From a bacterium (lineage in GTDB: Bacteria; Pseudomonadota; Alphaproteobacteria; Rickettsiales; RI-342), in NCBI GenBank assembly GCA_016124905.1, contig WGMV01000008.1, positions 110,521 to 174,520 of the forward strand: a stretch of 64,000 nt of DNA. Reading direction: 5' to 3'. Both the position numbers and the translations under genes were made by a program. Position 1 is the stretch's first letter; each line of letters opens with the position of its first letter. Below are positions 53,730 through 63,472 of this stretch, piece after piece. The notes under the pieces are model-generated. The model was given only the letters and a program-made list of their open reading frames with translations, was not told the DNA's origin and did not search any database.

Positions 53730-54599
53730 CTATTCGACTTTCAGTGTGCTCAGCAGCTGTTCCATTTCCTGGAAGGTCGGCTGGATATGGCTCGGCACTT
53801 CGGCGCGGCCCATCTCAACGGAGATCTGCGGCGCATTGCCATGCAGGTGGGCCACCAGCACATCGCGGATGATGCGGTAGAACTGCCCGTCCTCATCCAC
53901 CGCGGCCTTGGATTTGTTGGCCATCGGCGCGAAGAAGCAATAAGCGAGGAACACCCCCATGAAGGTACCCACCAACGCACCCCCGATCATTGCGCCGAGA
54001 ATCGGCGGCGGCTGGTCGATGGAGGCCATGGTTTTGATTACGCCGAGCACCGCCACCACAATACCGATGGCAGGAAGGCCGTCGGCCATGGTCTGAATGG
54101 CCTCGGAACCTTTCAGTGCTTCGTGGTGATGTTTTTCCAGCTGCTTTTCCATCAGGTCTTCCACCTGGTGCGGGTCGTCCAGCGCCATGGTCATCATGCG
54201 CAGCGTGTCGCAAATAAAGTCGCAGGCGAAATGGTCGTGCTGGATTTTAGGGAACTGGCTGAACAGGCTGGAAGAGCTCGGGTTCTCGATATGCTGCTCC
54301 ACCGCCATCATGCCCTTGGTGCGCATCAGCTTGGAGAGCATGAACATCAGGCAGAGAATGTCCTTATAATCCTGCGCCTTCCATTTGGAGCCCTTGAAGG
54401 TAAGGCCAATTGCCTTGCCGGTAAGCTTCACCGTGGTCATCGGGCTGGCAAGCAACCATGCGCCAATGGTGGCGCCGCCGAGCATCGGCAATTCGTGCGG
54501 CAATGCGTGCAGGATGATTTCAATTTTGCCGCCGGCCATGATGTAGCCGCCGAACACCAGCACCATGGTTAGAACAATACCTAAAAGGGGCAGAATCAT
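53730..54599 (-). CDS. motA: flagellar motor stator protein MotA
   Basis: 289 aa with four TM segments. N-terminal VLVFGGYIMAGGKIEIILHALPHELPMLGG and a C-terminal MotA/TolQ/ExbB channel region. Confidence 0.88.
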   Translation of the reverse strand: MILPLLGIVLTMVLVFGGYIMAGGKIEIILHALPHELPMLGGATIGAWLLASPMTTVKLTGKAIGLTFKGSKWKAQDYKDILCLMFMLSKLMRTKGMMAVEQHIENPSSSSLFSQFPKIQHDHFACDFICDTLRMMTMALDDPHQVEDLMEKQLEKHHHEALKGSEAIQTMADGLPAIGIVVAVLGVIKTMASIDQPPPILGAMIGGALVGTFMGVFLAYCFFAPMANKSKAAVDEDGQFYRIIRDVLVAHLHGNAPQISVEMGRAEVPSHIQPTFQEMEQLLSTLKVE

Positions 54600-54701
54600 A
54601 AATTGGTCAGCACGCCTGAAATGAGACTAAATCTCCGCTCAACAAAGCGGATAAAGGTTAAATTAGCGTTAGATATCCGTGCTGAATCGCAGAAAAGCGC
54701 C

Positions 54702-55937
54702 CTACACGTCCAGCAGCAGACGGCGCGGGTCTTCCACGTTTTCCTTCACCCGCTTAAGGAAGGTAACGGACTCGGAACCGTCGATAATGCGATGGTCGTA
54801 GGAAAGCGCGATATACATCATCGGCCGAATCACCACCTGGCCGTTCATGGCCACGGGGCGGTCCATCGTCTTATGCATGCCGAGAATGCCCGACTGCGGC
54901 GGGTTGATGATGGGGGTGGACATCAGCGAGCCATACACCCCGCCGTTGGACACGGTGAACGTACCGCCGGTCAGTTCTTCCATCGTCAGCTTGCCGTCAC
55001 GCGCCTTCTTGGCCAGCGCGGCGATTTCCGCCTCGATCTGGATCAGGCTTTTGCTTTCCGCATTGCGGATCACCGGCACCACGAGGCCTTGCGGCGTACC
55101 CACGGCCACGCCGATATCGTAATAGTTTTTGTAGATGACATCGTCACCGTCGATCTGCGCATTCACCGCGGGGATCTCTTTCAGCGCCTGCACGGCGGCC
55201 TTGACAAAAAAGCCCATGAAGCCAAGGCGGATGCCGTGCTTCTTCTCGATGGCGTCCTTATATTCCGCGCGCAGCTGCGTCACGTTGGTCATGTCGATCT
55301 CGTTGAAGGTCGACAGGATGGCCGCGGTGTTTTGCGATTCTTTCAAACGCTGCGCGATGCGGCGGCGAAGCGTGGTCATGCGCACGCGCTCTTCGCTGCG
55401 GTTCGGGCTTCCGCTCACCACGGCCAGCGCCGGGGCGGAGCCGGAAGCAGCGGGCTTGGCGCCGCCTTCCATATGTTTCAGCACATCTTCCTTGGTGATG
55501 CGTCCATCCTTGCCTGTGCCGCTGATAGCGGAAACGTTCAGGTTATTTTCCGTCACCAGCTTTTGCGCGGCCGGCGGCAGCGGATGCGCGCCGGAATCTT
55601 TAGCGGCAGCGGGGGCAGGGACCGCCTCAGCCGCTTTCGGCGCATCTTTTTTGGATTCGTTTGCGGGTTTCGGCGTCTCGCCGCTGGCGGCCTTGCCCAT
55701 CCCTTCGGCGATCACGGCCAGTGCCGCGCCTACGCCCACATTGCTGCCTGCGGCGGCCTTGATTTCAGACAGCACACCCGCTGCGCTGGAGGGAACTTCC
55801 AATGTTACCTTATCGGTTTCAAGCTCGCAGATGGGCTCGTCTTTTTTCACCGCATCGCCGGGGTTTTTGAACCAGCGCGCCACCGTTGCTTCGGTGACGG
55901 ATTCGCCCAGACTTGGAACCGTGATGGTCGTGCTCAT
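54702..55937 (-). CDS. sucB: dihydrolipoyllysine-residue succinyltransferase (E2 of 2-oxoglutarate dehydrogenase)
   Basis: Lipoyl domain [14 protein letters not shown], an E3-binding domain, and catalytic SYDHRIIDG. Confidence 0.96.
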   Translation of the reverse strand: MSTTITVPSLGESVTEATVARWFKNPGDAVKKDEPICELETDKVTLEVPSSAAGVLSEIKAAAGSNVGVGAALAVIAEGMGKAASGETPKPANESKKDAPKAAEAVPAPAAAKDSGAHPLPPAAQKLVTENNLNVSAISGTGKDGRITKEDVLKHMEGGAKPAASGSAPALAVVSGSPNRSEERVRMTTLRRRIAQRLKESQNTAAILSTFNEIDMTNVTQLRAEYKDAIEKKHGIRLGFMGFFVKAAVQALKEIPAVNAQIDGDDVIYKNYYDIGVAVGTPQGLVVPVIRNAESKSLIQIEAEIAALAKKARDGKLTMEELTGGTFTVSNGGVYGSLMSTPIINPPQSGILGMHKTMDRPVAMNGQVVIRPMMYIALSYDHRIIDGSESVTFLKRVKENVEDPRRLLLDV

Positions 55938-56028
55938 GCAAACTGCCTATGGATAATGAAATGATATGTTTCGCTTATACGTCCCTCGCTACGCAAGGCA
56001 AAGGATTTTATCGTAAACGGTTCCGCAT

Positions 56029-56243
56029 AAGAAACCATAACGGAGCGCAGCGACTGGGCGCGACCGCGCCCCGCGCCTTATTGGCGCGTGCAGAGAGCGC
56101 AGCGAACCACAAAAGAGGCGGAGCGCAGCGACTGGGCGCGACCGCGCCCCGCGCCTTATTGGCGCGTGCAGAGAGCGCAGCGAACCACAAAAGAGGCGGA
56201 GCGCAGCGACTGGGTGCGACCGCGCCCCGCGCCTTATTGACGC
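56029..56243. repeat. 78-bp tandem repeat, about 2.6 copies
   Basis: Units start at 56041, 56119 and 56197. Units 1 and 2 appear identical; unit 3 has two substitutions within its first ~47 bp and then diverges. Each unit contains GAGCGCAGCGA twice and the hairpin CGCGCC-TTATT-GGCGCG. Confidence 0.85.
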
Positions 56244-56273
56244 GTAATCCTGCGCAAAGCGCAGGCAGCAAAA

Positions 56274-59204
56274 CTATCCCCACTCATCCTCACGCGCCAG
56301 CTGGCGGTAAACATCCTCCACAAATGGCGCGTAGGAACTCCCTTGGGGCGGATAGGCCTCAAAAGCGCTGTCCGCATTCGCCAGGAATTTCTCCATCCAG
56401 CCATTTATGCGCTCCGCGGCGTTTTTCAGGAAATCCTCATCCACGGTAAAAACCAGCCCGTCCTGCTCATCGGCCAGGTGCGTTTTCAACGCCCAGTACC
56501 ACATTTCGCGGATGGAGGGCGCACCCGCCTCCGTAAATCCCCCTTCGGCGGCAATCACCGCCTCGGCCGCCAGCTGCAGGGCACGTCCCTTCTCGATATC
56601 CGATTTGGTTGGAATCTTGCCTGTCTTGTAATCCACCACGCTGAGCGTGCTGTCCTGCCACGCCTCCAGTCGGTCCGCCCGTGCTTTTAGCGTGATGCTG
56701 CGCCCGTTCAGCTGGCGCAGGATGCCGCCTTCGCATTCGGCAAACAGGCGCACGGCCTCCGCCCGCCTTGCCGCATCGGCGCGCACCAGCGCGGGCGCCA
56801 TCAGCCCCAGCCGTTGCAGCCACATGCCCGCTTGCTCTGCCGTCAGTTTGGTATGGGGCAGCTTTTCGCGCCCAAGGGCCATCAGTGTCTCCACGCCGGG
56901 CGTGGCCGTGCTCGCCTGCTGCACATGGTCATATCCCAGCATCACCTCATGCAGCCAGCTGCCGTAATCCCCTTCGCCCGGCTCCTGGCCAATCTCTTCA
57001 AGCGGCCTGAGTTTCAGAATATATTTGGCATAAAAGGCATAAGGATGATGCCGCAGCAGTTCCAGCGCCGTGGCATAAATCACATCCGGCCGCGCATCCA
57101 GCGGCGGCATCGGTGATGGCTGCGGGCGTGGTTCATGCGCGGGCATGGGCGCCATCAGCGCCATCCAGTGCGCATAATGCGCCGTTTTATCCAGCCGGGA
57201 TTGTTTCATGCCCGGCTGGGTGGAAATAGCGGCAAGCCGCTCCCACCACCTGCTCGGCAGGCTGGGCGAGCGGCCTGTGCGCCGGGCGCGGGTAAAGATC
57301 ACTTCCGGCATTTCCATCAACCGCCAGATGTCATGCGCCGCCAGCCCCAGCCGCTGCTCTACCGGCGGCAGTCCGAGCTGATTCCGCATGGCCCGGTTCA
57401 GCCAGGGGGAGGGCGAAAGCGCGGCGGGCCATGTCCCTTCATTCATCCCGGCGGCGATCACCCGCTCGGCGCTTAACAAGCGCGCTTCCATCGGCCCGAT
57501 GATCAGCAGGTTGGGATGGGCCTGGATAACGGGGCGGTAGGTGGCGCTGCCCAGATGATGTTCCAGCGCGGCGCGGTAATGCCCGCCGGAAATGGACCCC
57601 ATCAGCGCCAGCGCATGCTGAAAGCCGTGTAATGTGTTGCGCAGCTGCTCGCCATGTTCATACCCCCATAAGGTTTCCGGGCCGCTTGTTTCGTCGTTGG
57701 CGGCCATGGTTTCGCACAGGCCGATATGCGACTGAAACCATTGTTCCGCCTCCTGCCATTTGGGCATGGCCAGCAATGGCGCGGCCAGCGCGTCCAGCTT
57801 TTCCAGCAGCCCTTCCGCCTGGCTGGAAAGCCTTGCCGAAGCCGCCAGCTTCATGATGCTGCGCCAGTCCTGCATGCTGGCGCGCTGGCGCAGCACATGC
57901 CGCTCTATTTCCCGTGCGGCCTGGCGGCATTGCGCCGGTGGCATGCCCAGCGCCGCCAGCGGGTGTTTCAGCATGGCCATCAGCGCTTCGGGCACGCGGC
58001 CCTCGTCGCCGCGCAGGCTGCACAGCCATGCCAGCACCAGGCGCAAAAACCGTGCCTCGGGCATTTTGAGCACCGGCTGTGCCGCGCCGTCATCCACTAA
58101 AATGCCATGCGTCGCCAGCTCGGCGGATACCCGCCGCGCCAGCACGCGGTCCGGCGTCACCAGCGCGGTCAAACCCTGCGGATGCTCCGCCAGCCCTTCA
58201 CGCATCAGCAGCGCCACCAGCCTGGCCTCGCCATGCTCATGCGGTGCTTCCGCCAGCGTGATGGCCTCTGCCGCCATCTCATGCACGGGCATGGGCGCGG
58301 TGGCCTCCGCCGGCCAGAACAGGGCGGATGCCACCGCCGCGCGGTCCCGCGCGAAATCGGGCATATCACCAATCACCGGAACATCCGCCGCCTTATGGCC
58401 GAACATATCAAGCAGCCGCTTCAGCAAACACATGGGATGGCTGGCGGGAAGCTCACCTTCAATGGCATGCATGAACGGGTCCAGCGAGGGCAGCACCACA
58501 TATCCCTGCTGCAGCCGCATCACCGCCTGCATCAGCTTGCGCGTGGAAGGCGCGCTCCCGGTTGACCCCGCGATGATCACGGGCGCATCCGGCATTTCCA
58601 TCCGCCATGCCGTTTCATAGGCCTCCACCGCCTGCCACTGGCGCGTGGTGCTTTCCACCCGCCCCTGGTCGGCGAGGATGGCGTTCCAGTGCTGGCTGAT
58701 GATGGCGAGAAAATCGCGGCTATCCTGCCAGTGTTTCGCCAGGTCTCCCTTTACCAGCCCTTCCAGCTTTTCCAGCGCAATGCCTTCGCGCCCAAGCTCG
58801 TCCAGCAATTCCGCCATGCTTTCGGCCATATGCAACGCATGCTCCGGCGGTGCGGGCTGGCCGCGCCGCTCCAGCCATGCGCCGATCTGCCGCGCCAGCA
58901 GATGCCGCCGTTGCGCGGCGGGTATGGCGGGCGGCAGGGCGGCAAGGGCAGGGTCGATGACGGCCATCTCGTCGTCCAGCTCGCCCAGTCCGATGATGCG
59001 CGGCAAGGGCAGGGCCTCCCTGCCCGACAGGGCAAGCAACGCCGCCTGCAGCGGCTTTTTCAAACGAAGGCTTGGAATAAAAAGCGTCTGCTTCGCCAGC
59101 AGCTCGGGCGTTTTTTCAGCCAGGCCCCACATCCAGCCAGCCAGCGCCTGCGCGGCATCCGTGCCGAAACCCAGCCGCAGCAGTTTGTCGCCCGGCGCGG
59201 CCAT
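56274..59204 (-). CDS. addB: double-strand break repair protein AddB (alphaproteobacterial type)
   Basis: ~975 aa. C-terminal PD-(D/E)XK-like nuclease region (VVDYKTGKIPTKSDIEKGRALQLAAEAV). Overall size and pattern fit AddB. Start moved to Met16 (59204) to avoid overlap with ugd. Confidence 0.75.
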   Translation of the reverse strand: MAAPGDKLLRLGFGTDAAQALAGWMWGLAEKTPELLAKQTLFIPSLRLKKPLQAALLALSGREALPLPRIIGLGELDDEMAVIDPALAALPPAIPAAQRRHLLARQIGAWLERRGQPAPPEHALHMAESMAELLDELGREGIALEKLEGLVKGDLAKHWQDSRDFLAIISQHWNAILADQGRVESTTRQWQAVEAYETAWRMEMPDAPVIIAGSTGSAPSTRKLMQAVMRLQQGYVVLPSLDPFMHAIEGELPASHPMCLLKRLLDMFGHKAADVPVIGDMPDFARDRAAVASALFWPAEATAPMPVHEMAAEAITLAEAPHEHGEARLVALLMREGLAEHPQGLTALVTPDRVLARRVSAELATHGILVDDGAAQPVLKMPEARFLRLVLAWLCSLRGDEGRVPEALMAMLKHPLAALGMPPAQCRQAAREIERHVLRQRASMQDWRSIMKLAASARLSSQAEGLLEKLDALAAPLLAMPKWQEAEQWFQSHIGLCETMAANDETSGPETLWGYEHGEQLRNTLHGFQHALALMGSISGGHYRAALEHHLGSATYRPVIQAHPNLLIIGPMEARLLSAERVIAAGMNEGTWPAALSPSPWLNRAMRNQLGLPPVEQRLGLAAHDIWRLMEMPEVIFTRARRTGRSPSLPSRWWERLAAISTQPGMKQSRLDKTAHYAHWMALMAPMPAHEPRPQPSPMPPLDARPDVIYATALELLRHHPYAFYAKYILKLRPLEEIGQEPGEGDYGSWLHEVMLGYDHVQQASTATPGVETLMALGREKLPHTKLTAEQAGMWLQRLGLMAPALVRADAARRAEAVRLFAECEGGILRQLNGRSITLKARADRLEAWQDSTLSVVDYKTGKIPTKSDIEKGRALQLAAEAVIAAEGGFTEAGAPSIREMWYWALKTHLADEQDGLVFTVDEDFLKNAAERINGWMEKFLANADSAFEAYPPQGSSYAPFVEDVYRQLAREDEWG

Positions 59205-59205
59205 T

Positions 59206-60537
59206 TCACACGCCCACGGGGGGGCGTCCGAGCGAGTAATAGGTAACACCCGCTTTCTTCATCGCATCCACTGCATAGAGGTTGCGCATATCCACCACCA
59301 CCGGTGTTTGCATCAGCGAGAAACGCTCCACCGGCAGGCGCTTGTACGCATCCCATTCGGTGAGGATGATGGTCACATCCGCACCTTTGATGCATTCTTC
59401 CGGGCTCCCGGCATACTGCACCCCCGATGGCAGCAGCGCGCTGGCATGCTCCATGCCCGCCGGGTCGTGCGCCACCACATCGGCACCCTCGTTCAGCAGC
59501 GCGGGGATGATAATCATGCTCACCGATTCGCGCATGTCATCCGTGTTGGCCTTGAAGGTTAGCCCCAGCACTGCCACGCGCTTGCCGTGCAAGCTGCCGC
59601 CTGCCGCCACGATGATGCGGTGGATCATCGAGCTCATGCGGTTATGGTTGGCCGAAATCACCGCATCCACCAACCGGCTGGGTGAGCCGACATCCTGCGC
59701 GATGGCCGCCAGTGCCCGCGTATCCTTCGGAAAGCACGAGCCGCCAAACCCCGGCCCGGGGTTCAAAAACGCCGTCCCGATGCGATGATCCAGTCCGATG
59801 CCGTGCGCCACTTTCGTAATGTCCGCGCCCAGCCGCTCGGCGATATCCGCCATCTCGTTGATAAAAGTCACCTTGGTGGCCAGGAATGCATTGGCCGCAT
59901 ATTTGATCAGTTCCGCGCTCGTCGTGTTGCTGACAATGATCGGCACGCTATGCACGCGGATGGGATCATACACCCGCTCCAGCAGCGAAGCGGCAAAGGC
60001 ACTGTCCGCGCCCACAATCACCCGGTCGGGCTTCATGAAGTCGATCACCGCGCTGCCTTCACGCAGAAATTCCGGGTTGGATGCCACCTCCACCTTATGC
60101 GCAATGCCTAGTTTGGCAATCCGTGCGCGCAGTTGCTCCGCCGTGCCCACCGGCACGGTTGATTTCGTCACCAGCACCGCATCCCGCGTCAGGTTCCGGC
60201 ACACGCTTTCCGCGGCCGCATAGACGGCGGAAACATCCGCATGGTTCGTGCCCTTGAGCGTCGGCGTACCCACGCCGAGGAACACCACCTCCGCGTCCTT
60301 CACCGCCTCTTTCATATCGCTGGTAAAATGCAGGCAGCCGCTTTCCACCGCGCGGGAGACAATCACCTCCAGCCCCGGCTCATAAATCGGGATGCGCCCT
60401 TTTTTCAACGCGGCGATCTTCACCTCGTCGCGGTCCACGCACACCACTTTGTGGCCCCAGTCGGCGAAACAGGCGCCCGTCACCAGCCCCACATAGCCGG
60501 TGCCGACCACGGCGATACGAACAGGATTCTCAAGCAT
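59206..60537 (-). CDS. ugd: UDP-glucose 6-dehydrogenase family protein
   Basis: IAVVGTGYVGLVTGACFA Rossmann motif and catalytic GFGGSCFPKD. Confidence 0.92.
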   Translation of the reverse strand: MLENPVRIAVVGTGYVGLVTGACFADWGHKVVCVDRDEVKIAALKKGRIPIYEPGLEVIVSRAVESGCLHFTSDMKEAVKDAEVVFLGVGTPTLKGTNHADVSAVYAAAESVCRNLTRDAVLVTKSTVPVGTAEQLRARIAKLGIAHKVEVASNPEFLREGSAVIDFMKPDRVIVGADSAFAASLLERVYDPIRVHSVPIIVSNTTSAELIKYAANAFLATKVTFINEMADIAERLGADITKVAHGIGLDHRIGTAFLNPGPGFGGSCFPKDTRALAAIAQDVGSPSRLVDAVISANHNRMSSMIHRIIVAAGGSLHGKRVAVLGLTFKANTDDMRESVSMIIIPALLNEGADVVAHDPAGMEHASALLPSGVQYAGSPEECIKGADVTIILTEWDAYKRLPVERFSLMQTPVVVDMRNLYAVDAMKKAGVTYYSLGRPPVGV

Positions 60538-60549
60538 GATGATAGCCGT

Positions 60550-61314
60550 TTATGCCTTGCGTTTTTTGTCCTTCGCAGGGCTGGAAGCATTGGCAAGGAA
60601 ATGCATATAAGCCGCCTCCAGGTCCTTGCTGCGGCCGTGTTTAGCACGAAATTCGGCCGCTGTGCCAGTAAAAGCGAGAACCCCGCCATGCATCACGCCG
60701 ATGCGGTCGCACATGCTCTCGATATCCGAAAGGATATGCGAGCTGAAAAAGATGGTCCGGTCTTTTGCCGCCTCGCGGTAGCGTATCAGGGCCTGGCGCA
60801 GTTCCGCCCGCGCGGCGGGGTCCAGCCCGCTCATCGGCTCATCCAGGATCAATAATTTGCGCTTGGCCAGCAGCACCGCCATCAGCCCGAGCTTCTGCCC
60901 CATGCCCTTGGAGAAGCCCCGCACCACGCGCCTGAGCGCCGCCGGGTCGAGCATCAGCTCCTTGGCCATCGCATCCACTTCCTCCATGCTGGCCGTCAGC
61001 CCATAGCCCGACAAGGTAAGGCGGATGAATTCCAGCCCCGTCAGCAGCGGCGAGGGGGCGAATTTCTCCGGCAGATACATCACGTCGCGCCTGCTTTCCG
61101 CCAGCCGCGCATCCACGCCGTGCAGGCGGATATCGCCTTCGTCATGCCCGTGCAGCTGCAGCACGGCTTTGATCATGGTTGTCTTGCCCGCGCCATTGAC
61201 GCCGATCAGCCCGAATATCTCCCCGGCCTTCAATTCCAGTGACATGTCCTGCACGGCGAACCCGGCGGCATAACGTTTGGTCAAATGGCGGATGGAAAGC
61301 GGGGCGATGCTCAT
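60550..61314 (-). CDS. ABC transporter ATP-binding protein
   Basis: Walker A GVNGAGKTT, degenerate signature FSKGMGQKL and Walker B LLILDEP. Confidence 0.9.
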   Translation of the reverse strand: MSIAPLSIRHLTKRYAAGFAVQDMSLELKAGEIFGLIGVNGAGKTTMIKAVLQLHGHDEGDIRLHGVDARLAESRRDVMYLPEKFAPSPLLTGLEFIRLTLSGYGLTASMEEVDAMAKELMLDPAALRRVVRGFSKGMGQKLGLMAVLLAKRKLLILDEPMSGLDPAARAELRQALIRYREAAKDRTIFFSSHILSDIESMCDRIGVMHGGVLAFTGTAAEFRAKHGRSKDLEAAYMHFLANASSPAKDKKRKA

Positions 61315-62807
61315 GGCGTTACCGTGGCGGGAGGGGTGGTTGTGGTAGCGGGTTGTTCAGGAACGGCGGCTGGTGCCACTGGGGCAGGGGCGGGCAGGCT
61401 GTCCGGATTGACGATACCGTTATTAACGCGGTCCTTGAAGGCGCTGGCGGCATCCCTGGCCGGGCCGGTCGCCTCGGCGGGCGGTTTATTTTCCAGCGCG
61501 TCCACACCCGGGTGGTTGCTCGGCTTCATCGGGTCCAGCAGGCCCTTGATCGCCTTTTCGGCCTGTTTCAGTTTTTCCGCCTTGGCATTGGCCGCATTTA
61601 CGCTGTCCGGCGCTTGCGGCGCCTGGGGCGGGTTTGCGGCCTCCGGCGCTGCGGGCGTGGTGGGCGGCGCCTGCGTATCAAACCTGCCGTCGCCGGGCGT
61701 AGCCCCTGCATCCGCCGGTGCGGCGCCGTCGGCGGTTTTTTGGTCTTTTCCATCACCCAGCGGGGTGGATTCCGCCTTGCCTTCGATCACCTTCATCACT
61801 CGGCTGACGAAGCTCTGGTTGGGAAACAGGCTGAATACCACGGTCTTTTTATCGTCCTTCACTTTCACCTGCTTCGTGTCCTTCACCTTCTCTTCCCAGT
61901 TGGGAGAGATGACGTCCAGCCCTTCGGCGATCCATTCAAATGTCGCGCGCTGTTTCGTGACGTTGATGAGCGTGACGGTGCCGTCTTCCAGGTTTTCCGG
62001 GGTAAATTTATACCCGCGCAGCCATACGGCCCATTTATTCTCACCTTTATAGATGATAGTGCTCAGATAGAAAGCAGGCGCTTCGGTCGGTGCGGGTGGA
62101 GGTGGCGGCGCGGCATCCAGGTCAATCGGGCTGCCATCGGGCGCGGTGCCTTGCTGCCCTCCCGGTACGCCCATGGTCGCGCGGCGTTTTTTGGCCGCCA
62201 TGAACCGTTCGAACTTTCGCGCCTCGGTAGGCGGAAACATCACCGATATCTGCCAGTTATCCGCCATGTCATTGAACAGCACCTTGCCTTCCGGGCCGGT
62301 GGCCGGCGCCGTTGGCACCGCCGCTGCCGCCGGGTCGATAGGCTTGCCCGGCAACGTCACCATGGGGTTAGCCGGAGCATTCGAGGCGGCTGTATTGGCA
62401 TCCGCTGAAGGCATAGGTGCTTGCGCTGGTGCTGCCGGTTCACCCGGATTGGGAGAGGGCTGGACTGCCGCGGGCGCGTCAGGTGCGGGCGACGGTGACG
62501 CCACAGGCGCGGAAGGAGCAGCCACAGGCGCCCCCGGCGCTGTTTCCACCGGTGCGGTAGGAACGGCCGGTGCGGACGACGGCGCGTCCGCAGGCGCCGG
62601 TGCGGAAATCACAGGCGTCGGTGCGGCAGGCACGGGCACTGCCGGCGTGTTCGTCACCGGTGGCGGTGCGGCAGGTGCCGTCTGTACAGCAGGCGTGGCG
62701 GGCGTATTGGTTGCCACGGCGGGGGCGGGCGCATTCTGCGCCAGCACCGTCCATGCCAGCATGCTGCCTGCAACACCCACCATCAAAGGAAGCGCGCGGC
62801 GCATCAT
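61311..62807 (-). CDS. secreted Pro/Ala-rich protein with a PilP/GspC-HR-like core (tentative)
   Basis: Signal peptide MMRRALPLMVGVAGSMLAWTVLAQ and long PA-rich tracts. The core FYLSTIIYKGENKWAVWLRGYKFTPENLEDGTVTLINVTKQRATFEW has the pattern of PilP-type beta domains. Confidence 0.6.
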   Translation of the reverse strand: MMRRALPLMVGVAGSMLAWTVLAQNAPAPAVATNTPATPAVQTAPAAPPPVTNTPAVPVPAAPTPVISAPAPADAPSSAPAVPTAPVETAPGAPVAAPSAPVASPSPAPDAPAAVQPSPNPGEPAAPAQAPMPSADANTAASNAPANPMVTLPGKPIDPAAAAVPTAPATGPEGKVLFNDMADNWQISVMFPPTEARKFERFMAAKKRRATMGVPGGQQGTAPDGSPIDLDAAPPPPPAPTEAPAFYLSTIIYKGENKWAVWLRGYKFTPENLEDGTVTLINVTKQRATFEWIAEGLDVISPNWEEKVKDTKQVKVKDDKKTVVFSLFPNQSFVSRVMKVIEGKAESTPLGDGKDQKTADGAAPADAGATPGDGRFDTQAPPTTPAAPEAANPPQAPQAPDSVNAANAKAEKLKQAEKAIKGLLDPMKPSNHPGVDALENKPPAEATGPARDAASAFKDRVNNGIVNPDSLPAPAPVAPAAVPEQPATTTTPPATVTP

Positions 62808-63472
62808 GGCGTGGCCCCCGTGGGTGGCGCGCCTGCCGCATCGGCCGGAACATCGGCCTTGCTGACGCCGATCCAGTGGAAGGAGAAGGTGCCCTTCACC
62901 GCCTGCACCGGCTTGCCGCTGCTGATGGCATCGTAAAACGCGTCATCCATGTTGGACATACGCTCCACATTCAGTGATTCCGCCACTGTGAGCCCTGGCG
63001 CCACGCGCATCAAATGGTCGATGAACGAGAACAGCAGCTCATCGCTCAGCGCGCCCACCGTCACCGTCACCAGCGCATGCTCCGCCTTCATGCGTTGCAG
63101 CGTGAACGGGTCCTTGTCCAGCTTCACGATAGGGCTTATGGAAATCTGCGCATCCACCAGGTCGTAATGCTCCTTGAGGTACGCAATCACCTCGGTAAGT
63201 TTTTTACGGTCGAGCGTTTCCGTGTTGGGCGGGTTCTTCGCCATCAGGGTATTATAGATAGGCAGGCTGGTGCGGCTTTTGTTCAAACCGTCATCAAGGT
63301 TTTGTATGTCGCTGTTGGTGGTACGGATGCTGGTTTCAAGCTTGTGCAGCTTGTCGGCCCGGTCGGCATAGAAGCTGTAGGCAGCGAATGCCAGTACTCC
63401 GCAACCGCCGATGATGCCGCCGCACACCAGCCCGATCTTGCTCACGCGTTTTTTCAGCGCATCATACCTCAT
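62804..63472 (-). CDS. bitopic membrane protein, PilO/GspM-like (tentative)
   Basis: Short cytoplasmic N terminus, one TM (IGLVCGGIIGGCGVLAFAAY), a coiled coil, then a ferredoxin-like pattern HALVTVTVGALSDELLFSFIDHLMRVAPGLTVAESLNVER. Confidence 0.6.
   Translation of the reverse strand: MRYDALKKRVSKIGLVCGGIIGGCGVLAFAAYSFYADRADKLHKLETSIRTTNSDIQNLDDGLNKSRTSLPIYNTLMAKNPPNTETLDRKKLTEVIAYLKEHYDLVDAQISISPIVKLDKDPFTLQRMKAEHALVTVTVGALSDELLFSFIDHLMRVAPGLTVAESLNVERMSNMDDAFYDAISSGKPVQAVKGTFSFHWIGVSKADVPADAAGAPPTGATP

Noticed and set aside
54634-54651. Small hairpin TCCGCT-CAACAA-AGCGGA between sucB and motA as a terminator
   Set aside because: The stem is only 6 bp and no clear T-run follows on the minus strand, so it is not convincing.
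54603-55964. 453-aa ORF on the plus strand
   Set aside because: Antisense to sucB, whose lipoyl and catalytic motifs are clear.
56029-56272. Possible CRISPR array
   Set aside because: The units are directly tandem with a 78-bp period and no unique spacers between them. No cas genes are present in the window.
55949-56449. 166-aa ORF with a thrice-repeated peptide GAQRLGATAPRALLARAESAANHKRG
   Set aside because: The peptide repeat is simply the translation of the 78-bp (26-codon) tandem DNA repeat in an intergenic region. There is no SD, and the composition is Arg/Ala-rich.
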